Notes: a model not told the origin generated them from the sequence alone. Numbered from the whole stretch's first letter, positions 40,529-53,079 are shown. The stretch: 62,162 bases of DNA, filler included, from Choristocarpus tenellus KU-1152 (GCA_964200185.2; 11 parts of 11 records of this genome joined end to end with filler, not necessarily neighbours in it); one strand, 5' to 3'. A program made the numbers and translations.

Positions 40529-41885
40529 AGAGTAAGCTAAGCACCCAAGGTACTCCTCCAATGTTCCCCGTACACACGCTCCTCACAACTCAAGGCGGAG
40601 CTTCGTCAGCTAAACCACTGTTACGACCCACTACTTCAATAAATCAAAGAATTGGGTACCCAACAAAAAGCTAATATAGAAAGGATTCGTCGACCAGCCC
40701 CACAACCTACTAAGCTGCTTGCTTGAGGAGAACCTACCTACCTGTGTCAGGCATCCTAATTGCAACTACACAGGCAACAACCTTCCCCTATAAAAACAAG
40801 TGGATGCCTAACCCACACCAACACTGAAAGAATCAAAGGCTCCAGTGTCTTGTCTCGTGAAACAGCTTGTTGAAGCAGGCACCGAGAATTACAGTATACA
40901 AATTTTCGTGCATCCCAACAAAAATAGATTGAGCCACCTCTCTAAGGAGCGGCATGGGTCCTCACTTGTTACCTTACAACACTAAAAAAAAACTCATCTG
41001 AGAAGGCAGCGCGAAAGCTTCAGACACACACAAATTGCTAAGCTACTAACTTATCACACTAACCAAGCACAGGTCAGGTACCAGTCACTATTGTTCTCTT
41101 CATGATCCTCTGTTTCCTGCATGGATCTGCTTCCAATAACCAATTGGAAGGGAGACATGCGTATGGGAGTGGACGCTCTCGGCGTTGGACAATCTCTATC
41201 TCTATATCCTCCAAACAACTACAGAGAAGTAGATTGTTGCAACCCCACCAGATCCACTGGCTCCACTTCCATTAATACAAACCCTATTGAGCACCACCTG
41301 CATTGTTTCTGCTACATACATGATGGACGACGGTCAGCTTGTATGTAAAATCACAAAGGGTGACAACTCATGACTGCAGTCACACCACCCAAACGTGTAC
41401 TCTCACTCCTTTGCTACTGCTTGGACTGGCGTAGGTATTCCAATCGTAATCGTAATCATATACTCTTGAAAACATCACCACAAAACCTGACCATCACCTC
41501 CAGACAACCCATCGATTCAACCATCTGGAACTACACACCTGTGAAATTATCACTTTTCCTGAACTGTACATGCTACACTCTTTATTTTGCATGGCACAGG
41601 AAAAACAACTCCACCAAACCAAAATAATCCAGGAGCAGGACATGGTTGGGGCAGAGGGGGTTGTTGTTTATTAAGCCAAAGACAACAACTCAATCCCTCC
41701 AACTAATATATCCCAGCTTAAAAAAAAAAACACAAAAAGCAAAAATAATGATCTATCTCCCCGGTTCACCTCCTTTCTTCTCCCACCTACTACCCTCCTC
41801 ATATACATTAAACAAACTGAAGCTTAATTATCAGTATCAACTCTGGGGTCTAGCTTCCCCCCCTCCAGAAGACCACTACCTCTCC

Positions 41886-42065
41886 TCAAGGGCAAGGCAC
41901 GGAACCATTGAGTTCCTCCTTCTTAGAGGGCTCAGAATTCTTCGAAGGGGTCTTCTCAACGTAAGACTGGAGGGCTTGTGACAGGTCTGCAATGAGGTCC
42001 TCAGGAGACTCAATCCCAATGGAGATACGAATTAGGTCTTCCGGGAACTCCCTTGCGGCCCTCAC
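41886..42065 (-). CDS. CBL: Cystathionine beta-lyase (Cys/Met PLP-dependent enzyme), last exon
   Basis: Acceptor ctcag|GTG; VRAAREFPEDLIRISIGIESPEDLIADLSQAL is the conserved C-terminus of the Cys_Met_Meta_PP family, in the CBL form. Confidence 0.8.
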   Translation of the reverse strand: MRAAREFPEDLIRISIGIESPEDLIADLSQALQSYVEKTPSKNSEPSKKEELNGSVPCP

Positions 42066-42269
42066 CTGAGCAACATTGAGTGTGATATCAACACAAACAC
42101 ACACAACACACACACATGTTGTTTAAGGTTGCGTGCTAAATCTTTTTCTTTTTCAACATCAAAATATATAAAAAAGCAAAATATCTACAAATGATATACT
42201 CACTCACTCGGTTCTCCTCCTCACCTCTATCACACATTATCAAAACAGACAGAAAAAAAACATCGGTTT

Positions 42270-42450
42270 GGGATCAAAAAAATATTGATCATTAATTGTT
42301 CTGAACTGAGGGTGAGGGTTAGTGTTTGGCATTAAAAGATTTATCATTTTTCCTAAATTAGGGTTGTATAGTATAGTGTTTGACACCAAAATATTATCAT
42401 TTTTTCTTAATTTAGGGTTAGGGTTAGTGTTTGACACGAAGATCATACTT
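42270..42450. repeat. Degenerate ~55-bp tandem repeat (~3 copies) containing TTAGGG motifs
   Basis: Pattern aaaat..atcatttt...agggtt..agtgtttgRcaY repeated three times. Confidence 0.6.
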
Positions 42451-42540
42451 TTTTCCAAGCAGGGACAAAAAAAACAACTGTGACGCAAAAACAATCACCC
42501 ATAGGTAAAAATAGGTAATATAAATCACTACTTCACCACC

Positions 42541-42717
42541 GCCTGCCATGATCACGACTCCCTCAGTCCAAACAACACGCACGCCTACCATGATCATCAT
42601 CCCCCCCAGTTCAAACAACACACACGCCTACCATGATCATCATCCCCTCAGTCCAAACAACACACACGCCTGCCATTATCATCATCCCCTCAGTCCAAAC
42701 AACACACACGCCTTCCA
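42541..42717. repeat. 42-bp minisatellite x~4.2
   Basis: GCCTRCCATGATCATCATCCCCTCAGTCCAAACAACACACAC units at 42541, 42583, 42626, 42668 and 42710 (partial). Confidence 0.92.
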
Positions 42718-42941
42718 CGATTCCACCCACCAGAACACAACCCCACACCACATTCACTCTGACCCCCCCCCCCCCCCAAAAAAAAAAACCCCACACCCAA
42801 CCCCCCCCCCCCAAACCCCCCCACCCCGAAAAAACCCAAGGNNNNNNNNNNNNNNNNNNNNNNNNNNNNNNNNNNNNNNNNNNNNTTAATTAATTAANNN
42901 NNNNNNNNNNNNNNNNNNNNNNNNNNNNNNNNNNNNNNNNN

Positions 42942-43049
42942 GTGCCGCAACATTTACAAAAAAAAACATTTGGGCACTTTCCGCGCACCATTTTGGGTCA
43001 AACTCATCCTCCATAAAGTGCTCCATTGTCAATTTTGGTGATTGACTGT
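42942..43049 (-). mobile_element. Family C terminal repeat
   Basis: gtgccgcaacattta...ctttccgcgcaccattttgggtcaaactcatcctcc...gactgt; reverse complement of 46636-46745. Confidence 0.82.
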
Positions 43050-43470
43050 TCCTTGTGAAAAAAAATCGAATGTGAGAGTATCAAGGCAACTGACCACTTC
43101 GCGAAAACAGAGGCTATTTTTCGCGGACAAGAGTGAATCCTAAAGGGTGTTGAAGTTTGGGGAACTTGAAAATACTGTAAGTAGATGGAAAATGGAACAA
43201 GGTGGACTGAAGAAGCAAACGTTGTTGGTCTTCCTGTAAAATGACCTTGAGAAGTTTGGTACAGCAGTTGAGGGATGGAAAACAAGGGCAACAAACCAAC
43301 ACTGACAGGTGACTATGAGTGTGTGGTTGATGAGACAAGTACCTTCATGAACGAGTGGTATGCCAGAGAGGAGAAGGGCAAGATAATATTTCAGCATCAT
43401 CATATCTGTTCCCTTCAATCCGAAAAAAGACTCATCGTATACGGAAAGAGGCAGCAAGCAGAAAATCAAT
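43050..43470 (+). mobile_element. RTE-like LINE 3' remnant
   Basis: Frameshifted pieces NDLEKFGTAVEGWKTRA and VVDETSTFMNEWYAREE match the W...DL..FG...GW..A / FM..W...E tail of RTE-like ORFs. Confidence 0.45.
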
Positions 43471-43662
43471 ATTCAGGAAGCAGGGGTGGTGAGTGTGCGT
43501 GTTTTGCCCTGATCTCCTTGGGGTGCCTTAGGTGCTACTTTTGTACGAAACATGTTGGCTATTATCACAGCCTGTCCGACGTGGGCGATGTTGATGATCA
43601 CATTGATGACGTTATTTCTCTTCCAACTTTTTTTGGTGGTAGTGGGTAGTGTGTGGGTATTC

Positions 43663-43960
43663 TTGGTTCCCCTTTTTCTGAGCTACACATACCTGAAGTT
43701 TTTTTCTTTCTCTTTGATCATTTTTGCTTTCTGAATTGTTCTTGAATTTCCTGAATAGTTGTGTTGCTGCTCCCATCTATCTTTTTTGTTGTTGAGGAAG
43801 TTGGGACAATATTTTGGTTCCCCTTCTTTCTGACCTACATACATGAAGTTTTTCTCTTTGTTCAGTTTTACTTTCTGAATTGTTCCAAAAAATCAGGAAT
43901 AGATGTCTTGCTGCTTCTCATCTATCTTTTTTTTTGTTGAGGAAGTTAGGACAATATGTT
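43663..43960. repeat. Imperfect tandem duplication of ~150 bp
   Basis: ttggttcccct...ctgaattgtt...gttgaggaagtt.ggacaatat occurs at 43663-43813 and 43814-43960. Confidence 0.85.
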
Positions 43961-45183
43961 CTTAACAACAGGAATGACTTCGCCTTATATTGCGCATAGT
44001 TATGATAGAGAGACACAAAGAGTCAATATTGGGGTACGATTTTTCTCAGAATAATTTATACATGTTGTTCATAGTTTTATGTGCGCGAGCGCACGGATGA
44101 ACGTGTCCATGACGACGAAACTCTAGTGGTGGTATCGAGGACGACCAATGGACTGACAAGAATTACTTGGTTCTTGTTTTTAGAGGCATTATTAGCAAGG
44201 TACCGCCTATGTGAGAGAGATTTACTGGTAAGAGACGGACAGACAAATAGAGAACAGAAAGAATAGACGGATGGAATGACAGGATTACTTGGTTCTACAT
44301 TTACGTACATGAGAGGGGTCTAAGAGACCCAAAAACATTGTAATGTAAAGGACCGTTTCAAAAGTAACCATGGAGCAAAGGGAACCAAATGTTGTTCTAT
44401 ATCAGGTAGGTTAGTTATACAAGTAGAAATGGAAAGACGGAGGAGGAACGTTTTAATTGACTACAAACGTTAAATAGCAAAATGCCCATAGAGTTGTCGT
44501 CATCGGAAAACGGATGTCATAGGTCGAATATGGACGAACAACGTTCTAGGTGAGTTTAATTTTTTCGAGGTGTGGATAGAGTCAAAGTAAACAAGAGGTA
44601 ACCATAGTTGCATTTTAAGAATGCTGGCAAATATGTCCAAAATTCTTCATTTTCTACAAATGCCTACAGGATTTTTTTCTGAATTGTGCCAAAACGTTTC
44701 AAACAATGGAGAAATCGACGCTCTCAAGTAAAAGTTAGCACTTCATCCATACAAATATGGGTAGATTGCAACAGATTGAAAAACTGGTTTGCAATGCAAA
44801 ACAGCCAAAACCTGGGTACCGCTCGTTTACATGGCTCAAAATACGTACTCAAAGTGCCTACTGCACCTACCTGGCGTGTAGGGGTGTAGATCAACAGTCA
44901 CCCTCCCAACCGTTACACACCACACGCACACACACACACACACATAGTGCATTGTGCTGGGTCATGTGTAATGATATGGTGTGTATACATGGGCAAAGCA
45001 AGGATAGGAATGAACGTAGGAAGTGATACAATACTACTGTACCACCACTTCTATTGAGGGATCATAAATCATCTGCAATGCGTACGGAGTACAAGCACAA
45101 CTGGGTGACCATCTTCTCTTTCATTTTAGCGAGTGTGCACACATCCTCAAGGTTGTTCTGAACGGTGTTATTCTTCCCACTTA

Positions 45184-45441
45184 GAGTGAAAGTATCTTAG
45201 AGGGTACGAGTTTTGCCCTGTTTGTCCGTTTGGAGCTTGACTTCCCACGGGTTTTTAATGACATTTTCCTACTACGAACTATTTTGGAGTAGGTAAAATG
45301 TATACATTATGAAAAGGTGCGTCCGGAACAAGGATATTGACACTTCCTAACAAACACGATAGCCAAAATTACATCAAAATCACAACATTGGATATTGGCC
45401 CCCAAATGGACGCGACTGTACCCTCTAAGATACTTTGACTC
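45184..45441 (+). mobile_element. MITE family A (258 bp), best-conserved TIRs
   Basis: GAGTGAAAGTATCTTAGAGGGTAC / GTACCCTCTAAGATACTTTGACTC (23 of 24 positions complementary); no matching TSD (ctta/tgac). Confidence 0.92.
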
Positions 45442-45759
45442 TGACATTTTGCGGATGTTGTCGTGGAGAGAACAAGCAGAAACACACACCATAAGACTTT
45501 AAAAAAGGACAAATACAAAAAACAATCAAGTCTGGGTTGTTCAGAGTTCACAGTAAAGGCCTTCTGATACACCAAGTAGAAGTTTTAGTAGTTGTAGAAT
45601 ATTTGGAAGTAAGGAAACATGAAATCAACCAAGAAACCTATTAAGGCACATTCAGATGAAATTTCTCCTAAATTGACACTGCGAAGGCGGTCTAGAAGTA
45701 AGGGAAGAGTCTCATGAGTCTGTCAAGCTCTGCCATACCCTCCTACCAACTGGTTCTAG

Positions 45760-46500
45760 CTTGAAATGCAAGACACACCTTGAAATCGCTACTACTACAG
45801 TACTGCTGCTGTGACTGACACAATCTTTCAAAGGCGTGCCTTCACCGCTCCGTCTTGCTAAATAGCCCACCTCACCTAGCACCCCCTACACGAGTCGCCA
45901 GCACATCAAAGAATTGCTCTGCTTGTATCCCAAGATTCCCAAAGCTTTCCAATGCGAAGGTATTGAGGAAAAAATTATTAGAAGTCAAAAGATCCCTCAA
46001 AGGGGTTGTGCTCCAGGCCTCAGATGCAACAGTGTAGAGCGTTTTCCGGGTAATGAGCAGTCGCTGCATTGGATAGTGCCTCAGCATGAGATACCTCATT
46101 CATGTCGAAATTCCAGTGCATGGTAAAGGAACTCCCATCCTCCAGAGTGCAAGTGAGGCCCATCCACCTGAGTGAAAGCATCTTAGAGGGTACGAGTTTT
46201 GCCATATTTGTCCATTTGGGGCTTGGCTTCCTATGGGGTTTGTTGTTATATTTTCCTGCTCCAAAATGTTTCGAGTATGTAAATTGTGTATGTTATGAAA
46301 ATATCTGTCCGGAACAAGGATATTGACACTTCCTAACAAACACAACATCCAAACTTTAATCAAAATCGCAGCATTGGAATTTTGCCCCCAAATGGACGCG
46401 GCCCTACCGTCTAAGATACTTTGACCCACCTGCAGATGCTGCTTAGTTGCCTGGCTATAGGCGTGTGCTGCCGTACTTTTATCCTCCAGATCTAGGGCAT
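45760..46500 (-). mobile_element. Decayed CRE-like non-LTR retrotransposon 3' end (RLE domain), interrupted by MITE A
   Basis: LNTFALESFGNLGIQAEQFFDVLATRVGG and EDGSSF; homologous to 57960-58500. Confidence 0.65.
46170..46427 (+). mobile_element. MITE family A (258 bp) with perfect 4-bp TSD ACCT
   Basis: acct|GAGTGAAAGCATCTTAGAGGG...CTAAGATACTTTGACCC|acct. Confidence 0.92.
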
Positions 46501-46635
46501 ATACGTGTACTTACATATTATCCACGTTTCTGTTAAGAGCAATAACGTTGACTGAGCGAGTGACGAGATTTTTTTCCTAATATTTCATGATGCTGAAATC
46601 ATACAGATTCGGGCATTGGATCAGACCTACAAAAA

Positions 46636-46806
46636 ACAGCCGATCACCAAAATTGAGGATGGAGCATACTATGGAGGATGGGTTTGACCCAAAATGGTGC
46701 GCGGAAAGTGCCCATATGTTTTTTTTTAATAAATGTTGCGGCACTTTTGAAGGTCCCGGCTACGAATGGGAATCCATCCCGAAGGTGGTAGTACGACAGT
46801 GTGTGG
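46636..46806 (+). mobile_element. Family C terminal region (longest copy)
   Basis: ACAGCCGATCACCAAAATTGAGGATGGAGC...GAGGATGGGTTTGACCCAAAATGGTGCGCGGAAAG, running to the contig end. Confidence 0.82.
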
Positions 46807-46993
46807 NNNNNNNNNNNNNNNNNNNNNNNNNNNNNNNNNNNNNNNNNNNNTTAATTAATTAANNNNNNNNNNNNNNNNNNNNNNNNNNNNNNNNNNNNNN
46901 NNNNNNTACTTGATTGTTCCATTACTCCATACATATTTTACCGGAACTGTCCGATAGAGTTGGAAGAGTCTAATCGAACAGGGTCTAAATCAG

Positions 46994-47132
46994 AGTGTTC
47001 ATTTGGACCTAAACCAGGAAAAGTGCATTTTCATTATCCATCCAACGTATGGAACCTAATCACCCAAAAATCGAGACATGAAAAAATTGGCCCCAAATGG
47101 ACAGCCGCCTCGCCCCCTAGATACTTTGAGCC
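46994..47132 (-). mobile_element. MITE family B, one end truncated
   Basis: ccaggaaaagtgcattttcattatccatcc...ccccaaatggacagccgcc...AGATACTTTGAGCC. Confidence 0.85.
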
Positions 47133-47609
47133 CATATTATCCTATTATCCTGGTATCATCCCGACTACTTCCACAAACAAAAAAATAGTACAGGCAGTAT
47201 AGACAATATATCACTAACAGTATGTGCAGTTATCCATAATTATATCTATTTATCGATCGACTCTCATCATGACAATGTGGGCAAGGTGTTTCATGACGGT
47301 TCTTTGTCGCTACCTCGCCCACCCCCTTATTTTTCAGTGAAATTGTACCACGTAGTAGATGGGAATATATATGTATCAATGTGCTCGTGTGTGCATGTAT
47401 GTAAAGCACAGGAATGAGGGCGATAAAGAAGGGGCGAGTTTAAGATTGCGGACAAGAGCAGATAAATCGCAGGTCTCTCCACAACAATACAATATCAATA
47501 TCAAAAAAGTTATGCAAGCGGTTGTTGTGTTGCAAAATATCGTAGTTGCGACTTTTTTTTGTCCCTTCTCCTCTTCTTACTCTGTGTCACTGCTGCGGAA
47601 TGTTTTGAG

Positions 47610-48760
47610 TGCCATGTAGTATGGAATGAAGGCACGTGTTAGCATCGATGATGGCAAGTGCATAGGCTGGCTTGAGGTTGGATAGGGTCTCCAACAAGGG
47701 TATATTCTTGCTCCCATCAGCTTCAACATCTTCGCTGCAGTGCTAATTGTAGCAGTTCAGGGGACCACGTCTGACCCATTCATCTCCAAGGACCTTGTTG
47801 AAATCAAGAGAGACGCCAGGAACAACCAGGTCTAAGGAGGAGGAGTACCAGGGAGTGGGATAACACTTCATCGGCTCTCGTGGGGTGAGCTTGATGCTGA
47901 TGATGTAGGCAGTGTCCCAAAGACCCAAAGAGATTTGTCCAGGGTGATGACAGTGATTGTGAAGGTGGCTAGATCATTTGATCTGGTCAAGTTAATGCCA
48001 AGGATAGAGACCACGTGTCTTCGATCTCCTAGTATGGTTGCAGATACTATACAGATCCAGGCACTGGACCAGAACTACAAGCAGACTCCCATGTTTGTCT
48101 ACCTTAGGCCACCGCCGGTGACGAAGTCGCTATCACTGCTGAGATCAGGTGGAGACTCAGAAAGCTTGGAGTTATTTTAGAAATACAGTCGAGTGCCGCA
48201 TGACAGGAAGACCTCAGGGTATATCACTTGAGCTTAAGATTTGAACACTCAAGGGTGAGGTGCTTAAAGTTCTGCAATATGGTTTGTATGGCGTGGACAT
48301 TCCACCAGGTTCACTATCTGAAACTTCGCTCTCATCACTACAATCCCTTCTACGACATACTGGATTCCACAAGCGGGAACGTACCTACCATCCCCTTTCC
48401 TAATAAATGCTCTCGTGAGACTTGTGTGTGAGAGTATCGAAACAATTGTGGACAAGTGGAGACTTTTTGTTGTTAGGTTAATTGCGCACATGGGTGATGA
48501 GCAACTCCCTAAGGTATTGATGTTCAGGGAGTTTGTGACTGGAAACGGAAGAAAGGTGGACAGGAAAAGAACTGGTGGACATGCATCTAAGATGATCCTG
48601 AAAAGTGCAAGATCGTGGGTGAGACTGGAGCACCAGGGCCACTAAACCACTCGTATGTTATGAGTGGGTAGGTAGTAACGAGCTTCTTTGGCAGTGTGAT
48701 ATTCCAAGGAACCTGTGGTAGGATACTAAGACAGCAGCTAAGGTCACTCAAGTGACCGAC
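47610..48760 (+). mobile_element. Decayed RTE-like LINE (RT domain to 3' end)
   Basis: GWLEVG*GLQQGYILAPISFNIFAAVL (GxxQG..LSP motif), LDADDVG (YADD), FVYL, HMGDEQLPKVLMFRE; many stops and frameshifts. Confidence 0.8.
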
Positions 48761-49014
48761 ATCGCCAAGATCACCATCTGTGGAGTGCTGCTTTTCTCAT
48801 TGTGTTCTATTGCAGGGTTGATTTTCTTTTATCCTTTGTTTTCTTCTCTTCCCCTTGCGCAATTTTTGGGGGCCAGTCGTGTTTTTTCACTAGCGGCTTC
48901 TTTGTTTATTTTATTTATTAGTTATTGTCGACTTTCTCAACCCGTGTGGATAGCCTTCTTTTCGACGATGTGTGGACGACGCCTCACAACATCAATGTAA
49001 ATAATAACAAATAT

Positions 49015-49170
49015 TAATACTCCAGTGCAGTAGTATAATTATGTATGTAGCAGCATGTGTGTACTATTAGAAGTAGTAATATATTCCAGTAGTGCAGTAG
49101 TAGCAATTATAGATGTAGTGGCATGTGTGTACTATTAGAAGCAGTAATAATACTCCAGTGCAGTAGTATT
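49015..49170. repeat. ~65-bp tandem repeat x2.3
   Basis: aatactccagtgcagtagta..attat..atgtag..gcatgtgtgtactattagaag repeated. Confidence 0.8.
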
Positions 49171-51147
49171 CCATTGTACTGCCCATAGTGTGTATGTCTA
49201 AGTGAGACAAAGTAAGCGAGAGGTACCCAAACTTACAACTTAAGGATGCTGACAAACATGTGCAAAATTCGTCTTTTGTTCACAATCGCGTATAAAATAT
49301 TTTTCTGACCTGTGTCGGAAAACTTTCAACACAATAATAGAGAAATCAACACTCTCAAATACCAACATATAACTATTTCTATGGGTGCATTGATTGCAAA
49401 AGAACGAAAAAAGATACTCAAAATAAAAAAAACGTTAAAACCTGAGTACCTCTCTGTTACTCTGGGTCAGTATTCTGTTCCCACTCAAACTTTGGAGGTA
49501 AGGTTTTCCCACACACCACGGACGGGAAAGAACCGACATCCAGTGGAACATAACGAAGACAGAGTTTGTGTTGCTTACATTGTGAATTGTGTCATTCTGT
49601 GGCAGTGTTGTTCACTCAGACAAGGGTGGCGAAGAGAATCACCAGGCAGGATGGAAACATTGGAATAAAGTCTTTGCCTTCACATCATATTTTTTCCACA
49701 CACACTACTACTATAGCATCAGTTTCTCCTCTGCTTTGCTCTTGCCAGACTCTAGCCATTTACACGTACGCTATTATCTTTTTTGAGCTTTTAAAAACTG
49801 AATCTCCATAGAAAAAGCTTGGGCCCTGAGAGTGCAGCCGGAAAACCGTCGCTGGAATCAAAAATATGTGTCACAGTCAGCCACCTTCAATACATGACTC
49901 ATTCAGACTAATCCTAACCCTAAGTCTACACATAAATACATCGGGCTGCTAACCAAAAACCTACCAAGTGGCATATCATGACCTCTCACTATGAACAACT
50001 TCTTCCTCAAGACAAACGACTCTACGAAGGTAGTGACAATCTGATTCCTAATGAAAAAAGAGGTCGGGTTCAACCTCTCAATGGCTATATACCTCACACA
50101 GTGTGCAGCTCCAATGTGGCATCAAACAAAAACAGTTTGGGTTATGGGATTATATGAACCCATCATTTACCCTCAGAGAGTCAAGTCCACGCAAACCAAA
50201 GGACAGCCTGAGGTATAGAAAGTTTACCTTCTCTGCATTCAACACTTGAATGCGCAGATAATCTCTGTGGGAATAAAAGTGATCATTTTACATCACTACC
50301 AGTATTTTGTTTTACGAGGGTTGCCTGTTAGTAGCAACACCTCCAACCGGTCCAATGGTTGAGATGCTCAGCAAATCATGTATAAACTTCCCATTTTTGT
50401 GGAAAAATCACTTGGTTTTAGACTTCCACCTCCAGATTTGGACCCCTGCAAAGTGTTTGATTGCGAGAGAACAATCTGGGGCTTGAAACACAACCCCAGG
50501 TTAAATTTTGCCACTCCATTTCTATAGTGCAAGTTCGTTGTAAAGTACAGGGTAGTAGATCATACAATTGATTCATCTTCATGTTCATCGATCTCTTCAT
50601 TACATACCACCAGCTGATTCGAAATAAACCAATCCTAACAAAACTGTTCCTGCATAGAAGAAAGGCATTTTCCGGGAGCAACACTGAGTGCACTGTTACG
50701 TCCGTTGTCATTCTCTTGAACCATAATTGTTCCTCTTACTTCCCCCCCCCCTCCCCCCCCCTCCAATAACATACACAAAATTTCAGTGGGCAAAAAATAT
50801 ACTCAGAACATTTCTTGTGGTATCGTGTAAAAACTTGTCACGTCAAGTAAAAACGATTCTGAACCAAAAAAGTGGGACTGTGTCAATGCCTGAGAATTAA
50901 TATTAATAATATTCTCTACAAAAAGAACACGTACTCAAATCGGAAGTCACCAAATAAAAATAGTAAGTCTCAGCACACACGGGCAGAAAAAAAATTCTAC
51001 ACGAGTTAGCAACGCACCCTGTGCATGGTTCAAAAGTAGTGGGGGGGNNNNNNNNNNNNNNNNNNNNNNNNNNNNNNNNNNNNNNNNNNNNTTAATTAAT
51101 TAANNNNNNNNNNNNNNNNNNNNNNNNNNNNNNNNNNNNNNNNNNNN

Positions 51148-51220
51148 CTTTCCGCGCACCATTTTGGGTCAAACTCATCCTCCATAGTATGCTCCATCCT
51201 CAATTTTGGTGAGAGGCTGT
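51148..51220 (-). mobile_element. Family C terminal repeat
   Basis: ctttccgcgcaccattttgggtcaaactcatcctccatagtatgctccatcctcaattttggtgagaggctgt|ta. Confidence 0.82.
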
Positions 51221-52500
51221 TATGTGTCGGTGTGGATAGGGTGGTCTCTATGGGACGTCTACCATTTCTACTCCCAATGTATCGAGTGTTTTAAATAAAC
51301 GAGTGAGGTGTCATTTATTGCCTCCTTGTTAAAATCGATGTGTTGTGTAAGCTATGTGTATGCCCATAACAGCAGTGATTAGTGGACCTGCTGTGGTAGT
51401 ATCAGACAGTACACACCACTTTTCATTTCACATAAGTAAAGCAATATAAAGATTGCCTCACTTCTGACTCAGTACAGAGCCAAACCAACGGCGAGGTAGG
51501 CAGGTTTGGACCCCTTCGCACTCTAAACCACCTTTTGTACCCTGTGCAATACACTCTATTTCATTATTTCATGTGCATAATAGAAAACGCAAAATTTATA
51601 CTTTCCCTTTCCACACAAATTGTGACGCGACAATTCAAGACTCATTCTATAATTGTACCAAAATGGCATCTTTTGACCCTTTTTTGGAATCCTTAAAATG
51701 CAACCCTGCCTACCTCTAAGTAGGTTTGACTCGCAAGAAGAAGAGTGCCAGAGCATACATCATCCTCCATTATGAAAATATATGGTATATTGCCGAACAT
51801 GCTTGGGGGTGGCACCTCAGCAACGATCATACTTTCACAGGAAATAAATATGTAGACACTCGACCGTACGTACTATACATCATATTTGCATCGAGTGTGG
51901 ACGTGTAGCAGACACCCCATGAGAACATGTTCATGCACAGCACATTCACAGGGTACAAACATGTGAACACCCTCTGAGTGAGGATGAGGCCGCAGCACCC
52001 TGTCAAGTCGACTTCAAGGTATATCCACAGGGATGCGAAACATTTATTTAGACATCGTTATTGTGTCCACGCTGTGCCTCACACTGCTTAGATCGTGAGA
52101 ACCCTGTACAGGGTCCCGACAGGGTGCAAAATGGCCACATGTATGTGAGAGTAAACATTTCGCCGAACCTAGGATGGAAAGGAGGTATGCAAATGCACCA
52201 CACAATATAGCAACAAATAATCCGGACAAAAGTATCGTTACAGAGTGGGACAAGTACACGAGCACAACATGATCCCCTCAATCAACCTTGATGTGAAGTT
52301 CAAGTAGAGAGCGCGCGCGCACGATGCGGCTCTAGATTGTCTCATTTCAAGAGTCCCTGGTCAGACATAAACTACACCATACATCAGAAAAATTCGATTT
52401 GGTTCCCTCCCACAAAAGAACTGAATATCCTAGAACCTTAAATTTCGAGGAAATCTCAGTCTGGGTTCAGATGACTTCGAGGTCAAAATTTGGGGTTCGT

Positions 52501-52521
52501 TACTACAACCACTACTACTAT

Positions 52522-52553
<32 letters not shown>

Positions 52554-53023
52554 GGTCAATACTATTATTGCTGCTGCTATTACCACCATCGTAACCATCA
52601 TATATATGACCAATTTTTGTTGTGATGTCTTATGAGTGGGTGTAAACAGTAGCACCGTAACCTTGCAACATGTACACCACAAACTGCATTATTACAAAGA
52701 AGGGGGAACTTCAGAAGTTGCGGGATGAAAACACGAGGTTATGGGGGACTGGGCTACTATTACTAGTTCAATACTATTGCTGCTGCTATTACCATCATCG
52801 TAACCAACATGCGACCAATTTTTGTTGTGGTGCATAAGTTCATGATCCATGTGATGTTTTATAAGTGGGTGTAAACAGTAGCACCATGTATGTGATGTGA
52901 TGTCTTATGAGTGGGTGTAAACGGTAGCACCGTAACCTTGCCACATTTACGCCACAACCTGCATTACAAAGGAGGGCGAACTTCAGAAGTTGCGGGATGA
53001 AAACATGAGGTTAGGGGGGACTG
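52501..53023. repeat. (TAC)n microsatellite followed by an imperfect ~210-270-bp tandem duplication
   Basis: TAC run at 52501-52553; tcaatactatt..gctgctgctattacca...gaacttcagaagttgcgggatgaaaaca.gaggtta.gggggactgg at ~52546-52752 and ~52755-53023. Confidence 0.85.
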
Positions 53024-53079
53024 GAAGCTTGCCAAAAAGAGGTTGAGCACCTACAGGGAGAGAATCGTATTCTAAAACC

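Noticed and set aside
50220-50720. Possible minus-strand exons (DYLRIQVLNAEK; AKFNLGLCF, Sel1-like)
   Set aside because: Could not be joined into an open, in-phase model.
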